A program made the translations under genes and the position numbers. Below are positions 7,020 to 16,228 of a DNA stretch of 50,065 nucleotides, one piece after another; position 1 is the first letter of the stretch, and each line of letters starts with the position of its first letter. The stretch is from positions 1 through 50,065 of IMG/VR virus record IMGVR_UViG_3300045988_086121; one strand, written 5' to 3'. The DNA comes from a virus. The notes beneath the pieces are model-generated. The model saw only the letters and a list, made by a program, of their open reading frames with translations. It had not been told where the DNA came from and made no database searches.

Positions 7020-7227
7020 TATGCCAATAATCAACACACAGCCAGATGTTAAGCCCTTAGGTCGGTACACTGTTACCGAAGCTTGCAAGGCTCTTGGTAT
7101 AAGTCGAGAAACCCTAAGACGTCACACAATAGCAGGTCATATCGCGGTAAAATACCGCAAGGCAAATCTTAGACCCTTCTACACGGGTGCAAGCATACTT
7201 GCGTTCTGGAAAGATACAATCATTTAA
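7012..7227 (+). CDS. Excisionase/MerR-like HTH_17 DNA-binding protein
   Basis: YTVTEACKALGISRETLRRHTIAGHI... The start at 7012 is in frame with ORF 6898..7227. Confidence 0.6.
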   Translation: MDNMPIINTQPDVKPLGRYTVTEACKALGISRETLRRHTIAGHIAVKYRKANLRPFYTGASILAFWKDTII

Positions 7228-7250
7228 TCACGAACTAAATAACAATCACA

Positions 7251-8132
7251 ATGGAACAAGAAAACAACAAGAATGTGATATTAACACCGCAACAGCAAGA
7301 AATTCAAATTCTGCAAATCAAGCGTCAAGCCGAGTTCGACCTTACACCGATTGGTCAGCAAGTTAAGCAGTTCGAAGCTACACAACGCATAGCCATGATG
7401 TACGCGATGTCAAACTTCATACCAGACAGCTACAAATACAGAAACGGGCAACCACTTGAACAAAATGTGGTATTAGCCAACTGTACTATTGCATTGGAGA
7501 TGGCAACGCGAATGCAAGCGAACCCACTTATGGTAATGCAGAATCTATACATTGTTCACGGACAACCTGCATTCAGCAGTAAATTCCTTATTGCTTGTAT
7601 CAATGCGAGCAAGCGTTTCTCTCCGCTTCGCTATGAGTTCAAGGGCAAAGAAGGCACTGACGATTATGCTTGTCGTGCGATAGCATACGAAGCGAACGAC
7701 ACAAAGCACAAAGAACCTCTTGAAGGTGATTGGATTAGCATACGAATGGCAAAAGCTGAAGGTTGGACGAGTAAGAAGGGTAGCAAGTGGCTAACAATGC
7801 CAACACAGATGTTACGATACCGAGCAGCAGCGTTTTGGCAACGTGCCTACTGCCCAGAAATCAGCATGGGATTGCTTACCGCAGAGGAAGCGCAAGACGC
7901 ATTCGCACAAACTTACGAGGAAGTTAAGCAGCCATCGGCTACAACTGCAATCCCTACAGATGAGCTTGGCAGACCTTCATTAGCAAGCGTTGCAGCGCAA
8001 GCAGCACAAGATGTAGTTGTCGAAGCTGACAATGCGCAAGAAGAACAAGCGCAAGAGGAAGAAAAGCAAGAAGAAGCAACTGCAAAAGAAGAATCTGAAC
8101 AAGAATCAAAGAAACGTCCATCACTACTTTAA
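7251..8132 (+). CDS. recT: RecT-family single-strand annealing protein
   Basis: 293 aa with a RecT-like core (ANPLMVMQNLYIVHGQPAFSSKFL...SKWLTMPTQMLRYRAAAFWQRAY) and an acidic tail. Followed by the exonuclease partner. Confidence 0.7.
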   Translation: MEQENNKNVILTPQQQEIQILQIKRQAEFDLTPIGQQVKQFEATQRIAMMYAMSNFIPDSYKYRNGQPLEQNVVLANCTIALEMATRMQANPLMVMQNLYIVHGQPAFSSKFLIACINASKRFSPLRYEFKGKEGTDDYACRAIAYEANDTKHKEPLEGDWISIRMAKAEGWTSKKGSKWLTMPTQMLRYRAAAFWQRAYCPEISMGLLTAEEAQDAFAQTYEEVKQPSATTAIPTDELGRPSLASVAAQAAQDVVVEADNAQEEQAQEEEKQEEATAKEESEQESKKRPSLL

Positions 8133-8143
8133 AATACGATATT

Positions 8144-8908
8144 ATGTACGACAATCACAATCAAAACAATCTTGAATGGTTTCGCGCTCGTTTGGGCAAC
8201 ATTACTGGTAGTGCTGTAGGTAACATTATGGGCACTCCGCGTAGCAAGAGCGACAAGTGGACTGCAACGGCTATAAACTACCTTAATCAAGTTGCATTTG
8301 AGCGCACAATGAACCCTATAGTCGTAAATAACGATGAATTGTTTGCCCAATACATAACCCTTACGGACGTGAAGAGCAAAGCAATCCAGTGGGGACACCA
8401 AATGGAAGGCGAAGCAGCACACTTATTCGCAAGAAATTATCACAAGTACTTTGCCAAGAATGGTCAGGAATTTACGCTTGACCTTGAAGAGCCTTCGTCA
8501 GTTAAATGTTCAGACTTGCCACACTTTGCAAGCAGCCCCGACCGCATGTTCTACGACCCAGAAACTGGGGAAGAATGCTGTGTTGAAATTAAATGTCCGC
8601 AAGCAGCTTCATTCGCTAAGTTTGTTAATTGTGCATTCACTAATAACACAAAGGAGGAAATGCTTGAAGGGTTAAAGAAGGCTGATTCAAACTACTATTG
8701 GCAATGCTACGCGCACATGCTTGCTACTGGCGCGAGTAAGACATACTTTGTAATCTACAACCCATTTCAAGTCAACCCGATGTTCATCCTTGAAATAGAA
8801 CGTGACGAAGATATTTTAAACGAAATGAGAGCGAAGATTACAGCTGCTGATGAGTATATCACAATGCTTGTAGCAGGCTTGTGGCACGGCAAAAAGAAAT
8901 CTGTATAA
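8144..8908 (+). CDS. YqaJ/lambda-Exo-like recombination exonuclease
   Basis: EWFRARLGNITGSAVGNIMG plus PD-(D/E)xK elements (SSPDRMF...CVEIKCP). Confidence 0.75.
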   Translation: MYDNHNQNNLEWFRARLGNITGSAVGNIMGTPRSKSDKWTATAINYLNQVAFERTMNPIVVNNDELFAQYITLTDVKSKAIQWGHQMEGEAAHLFARNYHKYFAKNGQEFTLDLEEPSSVKCSDLPHFASSPDRMFYDPETGEECCVEIKCPQAASFAKFVNCAFTNNTKEEMLEGLKKADSNYYWQCYAHMLATGASKTYFVIYNPFQVNPMFILEIERDEDILNEMRAKITAADEYITMLVAGLWHGKKKSV

Positions 8909-8924
8909 CGCTAAAACGAAGGCA

Positions 8925-9533
8925 ATGAACAATACATTTAATCCAGACGCATTCAAGACATGGAAGAACCTAAAGGCTAAAGAGCCTAACAAAGTTGTAT
9001 TTGTCAATACTGATGATTTTGTTAGTTGCTATCAAGAAGATGCTGAAAGTGTAGCAAAATTCTTAGAAACTGCACCATTCGAAGTTGATGATGAGAACTT
9101 AGGGCATATAAAGTACCTGATTATACCAAACAGCATCTTTGAAGGGATGATTCCCAATCTGATACGCAATGGACACCGCATTATAGCAACTGATATAAAC
9201 GCAGTGGATTCAGAAGATAATGTGGAAAAGAATGACGAACCAAAAGAAATGCTTGAACGCACATTCTACGTGAACTGCTCGAAAGATATGTTGATTAAGC
9301 TTGGAGATTGGATGTATGATAACGGCATACAATTTGAAAAGCTCGCTGAAGAAAAATTAGCAGCCGAAAAGGGTATTTCGATAAGTAAGACAGATGCTTG
9401 TAGCATTGTAAAATATCTTGATTATTCGAAAGATACGTACAAGCTAAATTCTGACAACGACAGCAAGAACAAAGCGCGTATGGCAAGGCTGTTATCTACA
9501 AAATTAACCAATAAAATTGACAAGATAAAATAA
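8925..9533 (+). CDS. Hypothetical; N-terminus resembles MutS domain I
   Basis: WKNLKAKEPNKVVFVNTDDFVSCYQEDAESVAKFLE...IPNSIFEGMIPNLIRNGHRIIATD aligns by eye with E. coli MutS residues ~15-95. The GxFYE mismatch motif is absent. Confidence 0.35.
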   Translation: MNNTFNPDAFKTWKNLKAKEPNKVVFVNTDDFVSCYQEDAESVAKFLETAPFEVDDENLGHIKYLIIPNSIFEGMIPNLIRNGHRIIATDINAVDSEDNVEKNDEPKEMLERTFYVNCSKDMLIKLGDWMYDNGIQFEKLAEEKLAAEKGISISKTDACSIVKYLDYSKDTYKLNSDNDSKNKARMARLLSTKLTNKIDKIK

Positions 9534-9574
9534 CCCAAATAACCCAGTGGTTTTTAATTTAACCCAGTGGTTTT
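9531..9574. repeat. AACCCA-type direct repeats upstream of the replication gene (AACCCAGTGGTTTT x2, 20-bp period)
   Basis: taacccaaataacccagtggtttttaatttaacccagtggtttt. Confidence 0.7.
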
Positions 9575-9594
9575 ACAACTTAAAACTATTAAGA

Positions 9595-10488
9595 ATGAAA
9601 GAGCAAGCGTTTCTATTTTATCAAAGGTGGCGCGAGCAAATGAAGCGTTTGCCCGACAATGAGCGGTTACTGATTTACGATGCTATTTGCGACTATGCCT
9701 TTGAAAACAAAGAATCCAATCTTGCATACTATCTTGAAAGCATTCTTGACAATATTCGCTTGACTATCAACGAGAATCGCGCAAAACAACAAGCGTTTAT
9801 TGAACTGCAAAAAGAGAAAAGTAGAAAGGGCGTTGAAGCAAGGAATAGAAAAAAATCGTTGGGTAACCCAACACAACCCACGGGTAACCCACGGGTAACC
9901 ACGGATAACCCAACACAACCCAATAATAAAAATAAAAAAGAAAATAAAAATAAAAAAGATAATATAGATTCTTCATTACATTCAGAATCTACGTCAACGG
10001 AAGCCGTTGACCCTGAAACTGAATCTGATGGAAAAATAACAATCGTAAAGTCTGATGAAGAAAAAGAGAATAGGGAATACTGCAACAAGGTAGCGAAATA
10101 CTTCAACGAGCAAATGCAAGGTCGGCAGGTTAAGAAGATTGTAAGGCTAAACCAAAGTAGAATGTCGCAAATCTTAGCTCGAACAAAGGAGTACGGAAAG
10201 GAAGCCGTTGCGCAAGTCATCGTCAAGACAGCAAACAGCAACTTCCTAAATGGCGACAACAACAGAGGATTCTTAGCAACCTTCGATTGGATTTTCAGAC
10301 CGACGAACTTCCCAAAGATATACGAAGGAAATTATGACAATAGAACAAGCATACAACGAAGCACAAGTGCAGCAGCTGACAACGGGCGAGCACAACGTGA
10401 CGCAGCATGGAGAGCTTACGCAATGCAAAGACTTCAAGCAGCTAACTCTGAATCAGAGGAGATACCAGAAGCGTTACGGGACATTTGA
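9595..10488 (+). CDS. Replication initiator / replisome organizer (DnaD-like C-terminal region)
   Basis: N-terminus MKEQAFLFYQRWREQMKRLPDNERLLIYDAICDYAF. C-terminus NSNFLNGDNNRGFLATFDWIFRPTNFPKIYEGNYDN is typical of phage replication organizers. Contains the iteron/AT-rich array. Confidence 0.6.
   Translation: MKEQAFLFYQRWREQMKRLPDNERLLIYDAICDYAFENKESNLAYYLESILDNIRLTINENRAKQQAFIELQKEKSRKGVEARNRKKSLGNPTQPTGNPRVTTDNPTQPNNKNKKENKNKKDNIDSSLHSESTSTEAVDPETESDGKITIVKSDEEKENREYCNKVAKYFNEQMQGRQVKKIVRLNQSRMSQILARTKEYGKEAVAQVIVKTANSNFLNGDNNRGFLATFDWIFRPTNFPKIYEGNYDNRTSIQRSTSAAADNGRAQRDAAWRAYAMQRLQAANSESEEIPEALRDI
9861..9965. repeat. Candidate origin: iteron array (G[GA]TAACCCAACACAACCCA x2 flanking CGGGTAACC(C)A x2) followed by a ~43-bp A/T-only stretch
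   Basis: gggtaacccaacacaaccca cgggtaaccca cgggtaacca cggataacccaacacaaccca then ataataaaaataaaaaagaaaataaaaataaaaaagataatat. Lies inside the initiator gene, as in lambda O/ori. Confidence 0.6.
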
Positions 10489-11014
10489 AGCTCTCGCAAG
10501 AAAATTTGTTCCTGAGTATCAAATGAACTTCGCGAGGTACACTCAAAGGTGTCTTGTTGGTGATTGCCCAACTATTGCTGACGTTAGGCAAATTTGGGGC
10601 GAAATACCTGCTTCAATATGGCTTGGTAATCAAATTAACGACCTTTCGGAATATACTGGAGTAAAGAACGATTTACTTCAATATCAGAAGGAAGAAACGG
10701 CAAGAGTGATTATGAGCGAGTTCTACTACCTGAAACTATCAGAGTTTATGCTATTTTTCTTCCAGTTCAAAGCAGGTCGCTATGGCAAATTCTACGGAGC
10801 TGTAGACCCTCTCGTTATTACTGAAGCCTTGCAAAAGTTCAAGAAGTGGCGGTATGATATGTTGCAACAAATTGAACGACAAGATGCAATGATGAAGAAC
10901 AACAAGAAACCTCTTAACGACCCAAATTCTCTAACGTACAAGGAATGGCAAGAATTGAAGTGGTTATTCAACATGGGGTATGAACGAGATTCAGTAACGG
11001 GCAAAATAAAATGA
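10334..11014 (+). CDS. Hypothetical replication-module protein (start uncertain; alternative ATG at 10523)
   Basis: 226-aa ORF overlapping the previous gene by 155 nt. Conserved-looking core KLSEFMLFFFQFKAGRYGKFYGAVDP. Confidence 0.55.
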   Translation: MTIEQAYNEAQVQQLTTGEHNVTQHGELTQCKDFKQLTLNQRRYQKRYGTFEALARKFVPEYQMNFARYTQRCLVGDCPTIADVRQIWGEIPASIWLGNQINDLSEYTGVKNDLLQYQKEETARVIMSEFYYLKLSEFMLFFFQFKAGRYGKFYGAVDPLVITEALQKFKKWRYDMLQQIERQDAMMKNNKKPLNDPNSLTYKEWQELKWLFNMGYERDSVTGKIK

Positions 11015-11232
11015 AGTTCGTCACAATCTACTGGACATGCACTCGCGAAGCCAAACGAAAGATAATAAAGCAATTCGGAATCAACGGGCACACGACTGTA
11101 AACGGAGAAACAGAAGCGTGCATCAAAGATGAAGATTTACCGCTATTCAATGAAGTTCAGGCGCGAGGTTATCTGAAAATAAGAAACAAAGTACACGCAA
11201 CCAGTCCAAACAACGCAAAAAAACGCGATTAG
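11011..11232 (+). CDS. Hypothetical protein
   Basis: 73-aa ORF with an ATGA overlap with the upstream gene. Confidence 0.5.
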   Translation: MKFVTIYWTCTREAKRKIIKQFGINGHTTVNGETEACIKDEDLPLFNEVQARGYLKIRNKVHATSPNNAKKRD

Positions 11233-11300
11233 AGCGAGTTTAACGCGATTAAATATATTGGACGCACAAAGTTTACAGCTAAAACAAAATAAACGCTTAT

Positions 11301-11849
11301 ATGCAAAAAAAACAATGGACGGAAGAAGAATTAGAAACCCTTGTCAAGTGTTACCCAACTTGCACGATGGAAGAACTCGTCATTCTTCTTGGGGTGAGCG
11401 CAAAAAAAATCAGAGCGCAAGCATCGCGACTGAAACTCAAAAAAACACCCGAGTTTAGGAAGCATATACATCGTACAGTTGGTATGAGGAATAGACATAC
11501 AATGTACACGGATGAAGCGCAGCAAAAGAAATCATCCAGCCTTGCCAAAATGATAAGGGCTGAAAGATTGAGGATAAAGTATGGTCTGCCACGCAAGAAA
11601 AAAACACGCTTGACAATCTTTACTCCACGTGAAATACGCGATAATGCACGTAAGCGATACTACCTACGTAGCAAGGGATATATCGTTAACTGCAACAACA
11701 AAATAGTCTACTACAATGAGCTAACTAAACGAAGTGAGCAAATTGAAGCACGATATTCAAAGCAAGGGTATACGTTCGCAGAAGTCGGACAAGACGTAGA
11801 AATCAAGTCTTACGACCCAGAGCCTTGCCCATATTCAATAATCATTTAA
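11301..11849 (+). CDS. Hypothetical basic protein with SANT/Myb-like N-terminus
   Basis: WTEEELETLVKCYPTCTMEELVILLGVSAKKIRAQASRLKLKK. Confidence 0.5.
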   Translation: MQKKQWTEEELETLVKCYPTCTMEELVILLGVSAKKIRAQASRLKLKKTPEFRKHIHRTVGMRNRHTMYTDEAQQKKSSSLAKMIRAERLRIKYGLPRKKKTRLTIFTPREIRDNARKRYYLRSKGYIVNCNNKIVYYNELTKRSEQIEARYSKQGYTFAEVGQDVEIKSYDPEPCPYSIII

Positions 11850-11866
11850 ACTCAACTCAACAAAGT

Positions 11867-12196
11867 ATGAAAACAACATTTTTTGACTACGAGAAATTCG
11901 TAGAACAAACAAAAGACAATATGTGCAACGACATTCTATATCTTACCGTAGCAATGTGCGGTGAAGCTGGAAAAGTTGCAGACAAAGTAAAGAAAATCTA
12001 TCGCGACCACGAGGGTATTGTGGATAGCGTGGATGAGCAAGAGGTTGCAGCAGAATTGGGTGATGTGTTATGGTATCTTACCGCAATCGCTGTTAAATTG
12101 CGAGTACCATTGTGGAGCATTGCAAAATGCAACATAGACAAAGTTAATCGTAGAATAAATATGGAAACACTACACGGCAGTGGAGACTATAGATAA
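11867..12196 (+). CDS. mazG: MazG-like nucleoside triphosphate pyrophosphohydrolase
   Basis: LTVAMCGEAGKVADKVKKIYRD...AAELGDVLWYLTAIAVKL...NIDKVNRR is the MazG EEXX(E/D) helix pattern. Confidence 0.75.
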   Translation: MKTTFFDYEKFVEQTKDNMCNDILYLTVAMCGEAGKVADKVKKIYRDHEGIVDSVDEQEVAAELGDVLWYLTAIAVKLRVPLWSIAKCNIDKVNRRINMETLHGSGDYR

Positions 12197-12220
12197 CCAA
12201 CGAAATAAGGTAACTGCACT

Positions 12221-12544
12221 ATGAATCAAGCTATATTTATTGGCAACTTAGTTGCGCCTGCTGCCATAAAAAACGCGAATGGAAATTCGTTTATTACGTT
12301 CACGCTCGCAGTAAATCGTAAGTACAAGAATACAAACGAAACGCTCTATGTTGAGTGCGTCAAGAATGGCGATAACGCTAATCTTTTGCCTTATCTAACC
12401 AAGGGGCAAAAAGTAGCTGTTAGTGGTCGTGTATATTGCCATGCGTACATGGATAAGAATAACATTGCTAATGCAAGTCTGGATTTGTCTGTATACGAAC
12501 TTGAACTTGTTGGCAAGGCAAAAGAACAGCAAGCCCCATTTTAG
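12221..12544 (+). CDS. ssb: Single-stranded DNA-binding protein (OB fold)
   Basis: NQAIFIGNLVAPAAIKNANGNSFITFTLAVNR...LTKGQKVAVSGRV. Confidence 0.7.
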   Translation: MNQAIFIGNLVAPAAIKNANGNSFITFTLAVNRKYKNTNETLYVECVKNGDNANLLPYLTKGQKVAVSGRVYCHAYMDKNNIANASLDLSVYELELVGKAKEQQAPF

Positions 12545-12569
12545 CACAAAACATATAAATCAAACAACA

Positions 12570-12854
12570 ATGGATATTATAGATAAAACAACAAAGAACA
12601 TTGTAGACGAAATCATCAGCCTATTCGATGTTGACCACGAAGATAGAGCTAAGCGAAAGGCAAAAGCGAAATTCCAGCGTATCGCGCAAGAAATGAAAGA
12701 GCGCATTCAGGTCAAGGAGCACAACGGAAAGATGTATGTGTCTGTAGACAACATTCCTATGCTTGCAGAAGAATGTCTTAGCATTAACATCATTGACGCT
12801 GTGAGCAAAATAAGAAATACAATAACTGAATATAAGTGTTACACAACTAACTAA
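12570..12854 (+). CDS. Hypothetical protein
   Basis: The ATG at 12570 follows the ssb stop and is in frame with ORF 12423..12854. Confidence 0.5.
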   Translation: MDIIDKTTKNIVDEIISLFDVDHEDRAKRKAKAKFQRIAQEMKERIQVKEHNGKMYVSVDNIPMLAEECLSINIIDAVSKIRNTITEYKCYTTN

Positions 12855-12861
12855 AGAAACA

Positions 12862-13293
12862 ATGGAACAAAATAAAATCACAATTAAAGTTATGCGTAGA
12901 GGTGCATTAGCTGCACTTCCCAAGCAAATGCACAAAGGTGACGCAGGCTTCGACCTTGTGGCGAACTCTCGCAAGGTGGACTTGGAAAACAACTGCATGG
13001 TCTACGGCACTGGGCTTCGTGTTGAAATTCCTAAAGGTTACGCAATGTTCATCTTTCCGCGTTCATCGTGCTACAAGCATGCAGCTATGATGGCTAATTG
13101 TGTAGGCGTGATTGATTCAGGCTACAGAGTTGAGGTTCGTGTGGTTTTTAAAGGGCTGAATGCTTGCTACGAACTCGGAGAGCGCATTGCACAAGCAGTT
13201 ATTTTGCCAGTACCTGAAGTTGAGTACGTTGACGCTTGCGAATTGTCTGAGAGCGACCGAGGATTAGGCGGATTAGGTAGTACTGGTGTTTAA
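12862..13293 (+). CDS. dut: dUTP diphosphatase
   Basis: dUTPase motifs GDAGFDL, PRSS, GVIDSGYRVEV and RGLGGLGSTG. Confidence 0.85.
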   Translation: MEQNKITIKVMRRGALAALPKQMHKGDAGFDLVANSRKVDLENNCMVYGTGLRVEIPKGYAMFIFPRSSCYKHAAMMANCVGVIDSGYRVEVRVVFKGLNACYELGERIAQAVILPVPEVEYVDACELSESDRGLGGLGSTGV

Positions 13294-13311
13294 CTTTTTA
13301 AAAACAAGAAA

Positions 13312-13728
13312 ATGAACATTGCAGAAATATTAAAGTGTTGTCCGCAAGGTACAAAATTGTATAGTTCAACATGGGCAAATGTTGAATTATTAGAAGTGAC
13401 ACGCCAAAAAGATATAATAATTAAACTATGTAATGATAAGAGAATTAAATTATTTAGTAATGGTGCATATTCAGTAGATGGAGATTGTATCTTATTCCCA
13501 TCCAGAAATCAAAGAGATTGGAGTAAATTTAATATCTATCAGTTAAAGCCGTTCGACCGAGTTCTTGTGCGAGATTCAAACAGCGAGAAGTGGAGATGCG
13601 ACTTTTTCGAGCAACAAGAAGAAAAAGAAGGCTTCAATGTAAGGTGCTTCCGTGGCGTATGGTGTCAGTGCATCCCATACAATGGCAATGAACACTTATT
13701 AGGAACAACAAACAAACCCAAACAATGA
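13312..13728 (+). CDS. Hypothetical protein, paralog of 16837..17286
   Basis: MNIAEILKCCPQGTKLYS...LKPFDRVLVRDSNSEKWRCDFF...CIPYNGNEHLLGTTNKP matches the other copy. Confidence 0.6.
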   Translation: MNIAEILKCCPQGTKLYSSTWANVELLEVTRQKDIIIKLCNDKRIKLFSNGAYSVDGDCILFPSRNQRDWSKFNIYQLKPFDRVLVRDSNSEKWRCDFFEQQEEKEGFNVRCFRGVWCQCIPYNGNEHLLGTTNKPKQ

Positions 13729-14054
13729 AACCGAGAAAGAAACTAATCGAAGAAGCAAAAGCTGATGGCACACTTGATAAGTGCGACAGACTAATTAGTT
13801 CAGCATTCTTGCTCTTTGTGATTGCGCAAGACTTCTACGATGAAGCAGGCGAAAAATTGAAAAAGCACGGCTTACTGCTTGGCGAAGATAAGAAGCAGTT
13901 CAACAAGAGCATAGATGAGATGAGCAAATATACACGCGACTTTGCTCAGACTTTCTTAGACGTGCGTGAAGGAGGTAGGCTGTTTAATGAAGATTGGGGC
14001 ATATACAAGGATAAAATTTTAAAGTTGCTTGAATTAGAGGAGGACTACAAATGA
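13725..14054 (+). CDS. Hypothetical protein
   Basis: 109-aa ORF with ATGA coupling on both sides. Confidence 0.55.
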   Translation: MKPRKKLIEEAKADGTLDKCDRLISSAFLLFVIAQDFYDEAGEKLKKHGLLLGEDKKQFNKSIDEMSKYTRDFAQTFLDVREGGRLFNEDWGIYKDKILKLLELEEDYK

Positions 14055-14275
14055 AAAGAAAGTACAGAATTAAGACTACTCAGCGCGAGGACATAGAAGT
14101 TTGGCTGAACACACTATACATGGATGTCGCTCCATGCTACAACGTATACGCAGTACAAATGCGCATTTTCCCATTCGTGTGGGTAACTATCAAGGAGTTT
14201 GATGATTACGATGATTGGACGGCTCACTCACGCGCATTAAACTTAATTGACGAACTCAACAAAGATACGCTATGA
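14051..14275 (+). CDS. Hypothetical protein
   Basis: 74-aa ORF, translationally coupled. Confidence 0.5.
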   Translation: MKRKYRIKTTQREDIEVWLNTLYMDVAPCYNVYAVQMRIFPFVWVTIKEFDDYDDWTAHSRALNLIDELNKDTL

Positions 14276-14541
14276 CAACATTTTATTGCATTGCATTTTT
14301 TACCGCAACTTACTGCGCAACTGCATACATTGCTTACTTGATAGGCAAAGTCCGTGGCGAAGAAAAGAGCGCAAAAGTGGCAAAAGATTATTATGAGAAT
14401 TTGCTTCATGCGGAAACCGAAGAAGCCTTTAGTAAGGGCTTTGACAAAGGGCGATACGAAGGCTACAACGATGGCAAACGCGAAGCCGAGATAATTACTC
14501 ACAACGAAAAAATTCTGCGAAAAAAAGGTATTCTAAAATAA
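14272..14541 (+). CDS. Hypothetical membrane-anchored protein
   Basis: N-terminal hydrophobic segment FYCIAFFTATYCATAYIAYLIG. Confidence 0.5.
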   Translation: MTTFYCIAFFTATYCATAYIAYLIGKVRGEEKSAKVAKDYYENLLHAETEEAFSKGFDKGRYEGYNDGKREAEIITHNEKILRKKGILK

Positions 14542-14632
14542 CAATCAAATAGGTGGTGTACTTATTAAGCGCACCACCTACTGAACTCCTTATTCTGAAT
14601 TTTTCAGGACGGGGCAAAAGTACAACAAACAA

Positions 14633-14842
14633 ATGAAAAAGCAAAATAAAATCGAAGTGGATGTGATGATAAAGGATATGTTCTACGGAACATTCTTGTA
14701 TGAACACAACCCTTGTTTCAAATTCGACATTCAAGGTGTTGTTCTTGCAGCTGAGCAACGCTACCCGACACTCAAAAACAAGGATTACCACCTCGAAATT
14801 GGGCACGGAAAATACCAGTTATCAATCCAAAAAAATAAGTAG
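14633..14842 (+). CDS. Hypothetical protein
   Basis: 69-aa ORF in the early operon. Confidence 0.45.
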   Translation: MKKQNKIEVDVMIKDMFYGTFLYEHNPCFKFDIQGVVLAAEQRYPTLKNKDYHLEIGHGKYQLSIQKNK

Positions 14843-14844
14843 TT

Positions 14845-15201
14845 ATGGAAAGAGTAGAAATTGAACCTACAATGTGTTTTGAAGATGCTGTCAAGAAAGT
14901 TCTTGAAAGAGCCAAACTAATTAACCAACGTGTAATCGCAGATTTTAATGGATTTATCATTAACTCAAAGCTTGGTTATGACACGAATATTGATTTATAC
15001 TTTGCGTACATGGGAGAGCCTAAGAATGACATCAACTGGGAGCAGCGCAGATACGAAATAGCCAAAAGTGCAATGGTCGGTCTTATGGCAGGTCATAACG
15101 CAATATACGAAGCAAAAAAGTTGGTTTCAGTTGCAATGGAATACACTGATGCACTTATCAAAGAACTAAAAAGGGATGATGTGCGGAATGAAATGGATTA
15201 A
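14845..15201 (+). CDS. Hypothetical protein
   Basis: 118-aa ORF. Confidence 0.5.
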   Translation: MERVEIEPTMCFEDAVKKVLERAKLINQRVIADFNGFIINSKLGYDTNIDLYFAYMGEPKNDINWEQRRYEIAKSAMVGLMAGHNAIYEAKKLVSVAMEYTDALIKELKRDDVRNEMD

Positions 15202-15460
15202 ACTTTCAGAAGATCTACCACCATACAACAAGTTGATAGTACTTCTTAGTGAGCGTGGTTTTACAGAATTGGATGTGCGCGAAACACAAAATCAAATTGA
15301 CGAGTTTAATGCGCGTATGTATTCTATGAGTAAGGAACTTGGTGTAACAGATATGGTAGTACAAACGCGTGACAACGTAGGTTTACCAACACCTAAGGTA
15401 ATTGGAGACAAGTGGGAATATTGGTGCTTGCTGCCTGAAAGACCGCAAATTTCCGAATAA
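15176..15460 (+). CDS. Hypothetical protein
   Basis: 94-aa ORF. An alternative start at MKWIKLSE is possible. Confidence 0.45.
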   Translation: MMCGMKWIKLSEDLPPYNKLIVLLSERGFTELDVRETQNQIDEFNARMYSMSKELGVTDMVVQTRDNVGLPTPKVIGDKWEYWCLLPERPQISE

Positions 15461-15491
15461 CAATAATTTTAAATCATTAAAAACAAACAAC

Positions 15492-15692
15492 ATGGAAATA
15501 GAAATCACATCGTATATTGAAGATACCGACATTCTTTCTTCTGTTTCAGAATACGAACAATCAAAAGTGCTTGAAAATATATTCAATGAATGCACTGAAG
15601 AGCAACAACATATATTTATCAGCAATCTTGATGATTCTTACCTTGTTGAAGAATTAGAAAGAAGAGGTTTTACGATAACTAAAAACAAATAG
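15492..15692 (+). CDS. Hypothetical acidic protein
   Basis: MEIEITSYIEDTD..., in frame with ORF 15402..15692. Confidence 0.45.
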   Translation: MEIEITSYIEDTDILSSVSEYEQSKVLENIFNECTEEQQHIFISNLDDSYLVEELERRGFTITKNK

Positions 15693-15694
15693 CA

Positions 15695-16228
15695 ATGACA
15701 CAAACAAAGTTTAAAAGAGTTCCATTTGACCTTGAACTGGCGAAGAAGATAACCAACAAGGAAATGAAAGGACGCATCGTAACGGAGAACGGACTTACTG
15801 CAAGAATTGTTTGCTTTGATTTTAAACGTTTCGGACGCATAAACAGCCTTGTAGTTCTTGTTGATTGTGGCGACCAAGAACTCGCCTTAGCTTATAATGA
15901 CAAAGGTAAAGAAAAAGACAATAGAGATAAGTACTACCTCCACATCGAACTTCCTACTTACCACAAGGACTACTCCAACTTTGTGCCGTGCAAATGGCAA
16001 TCGTGCTTGGTACGCAATGGATTAGAAGAACAATGGAATGTCCGTGTATGTGCTGGAGTGAATAAGTATAATGATGTTACTTTTTATCGTTTCGGTGGCG
16101 GAGCATGCACTTGGGAACACGTTCTCCCACTATCAAAGGTGACCGAACGCTTGATAGACACCACCAAGAGCTACGAAGAACTCATACAAGAACTTGATGC
16201 AGAATTAACTAAAAACGAAGAACAATGA
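15695..16228 (+). CDS. Hypothetical protein
   Basis: 177-aa ORF. Confidence 0.55.
   Translation: MTQTKFKRVPFDLELAKKITNKEMKGRIVTENGLTARIVCFDFKRFGRINSLVVLVDCGDQELALAYNDKGKEKDNRDKYYLHIELPTYHKDYSNFVPCKWQSCLVRNGLEEQWNVRVCAGVNKYNDVTFYRFGGGACTWEHVLPLSKVTERLIDTTKSYEELIQELDAELTKNEEQ

Noticed and set aside
9667-10262. Minus-strand ORFs of 83 and 177 aa opposite the replication initiator
   Set aside because: They are antisense shadows across the repeat/low-complexity region. Their composition (F/L/S/C rich) is not protein-like.
10334-10488. 155-nt overlap between the initiator and the next ORF as a recoding site
   Set aside because: There is no slippery run in the overlap, and an in-frame ATG at 10523 just after the initiator stop gives a conventional arrangement.
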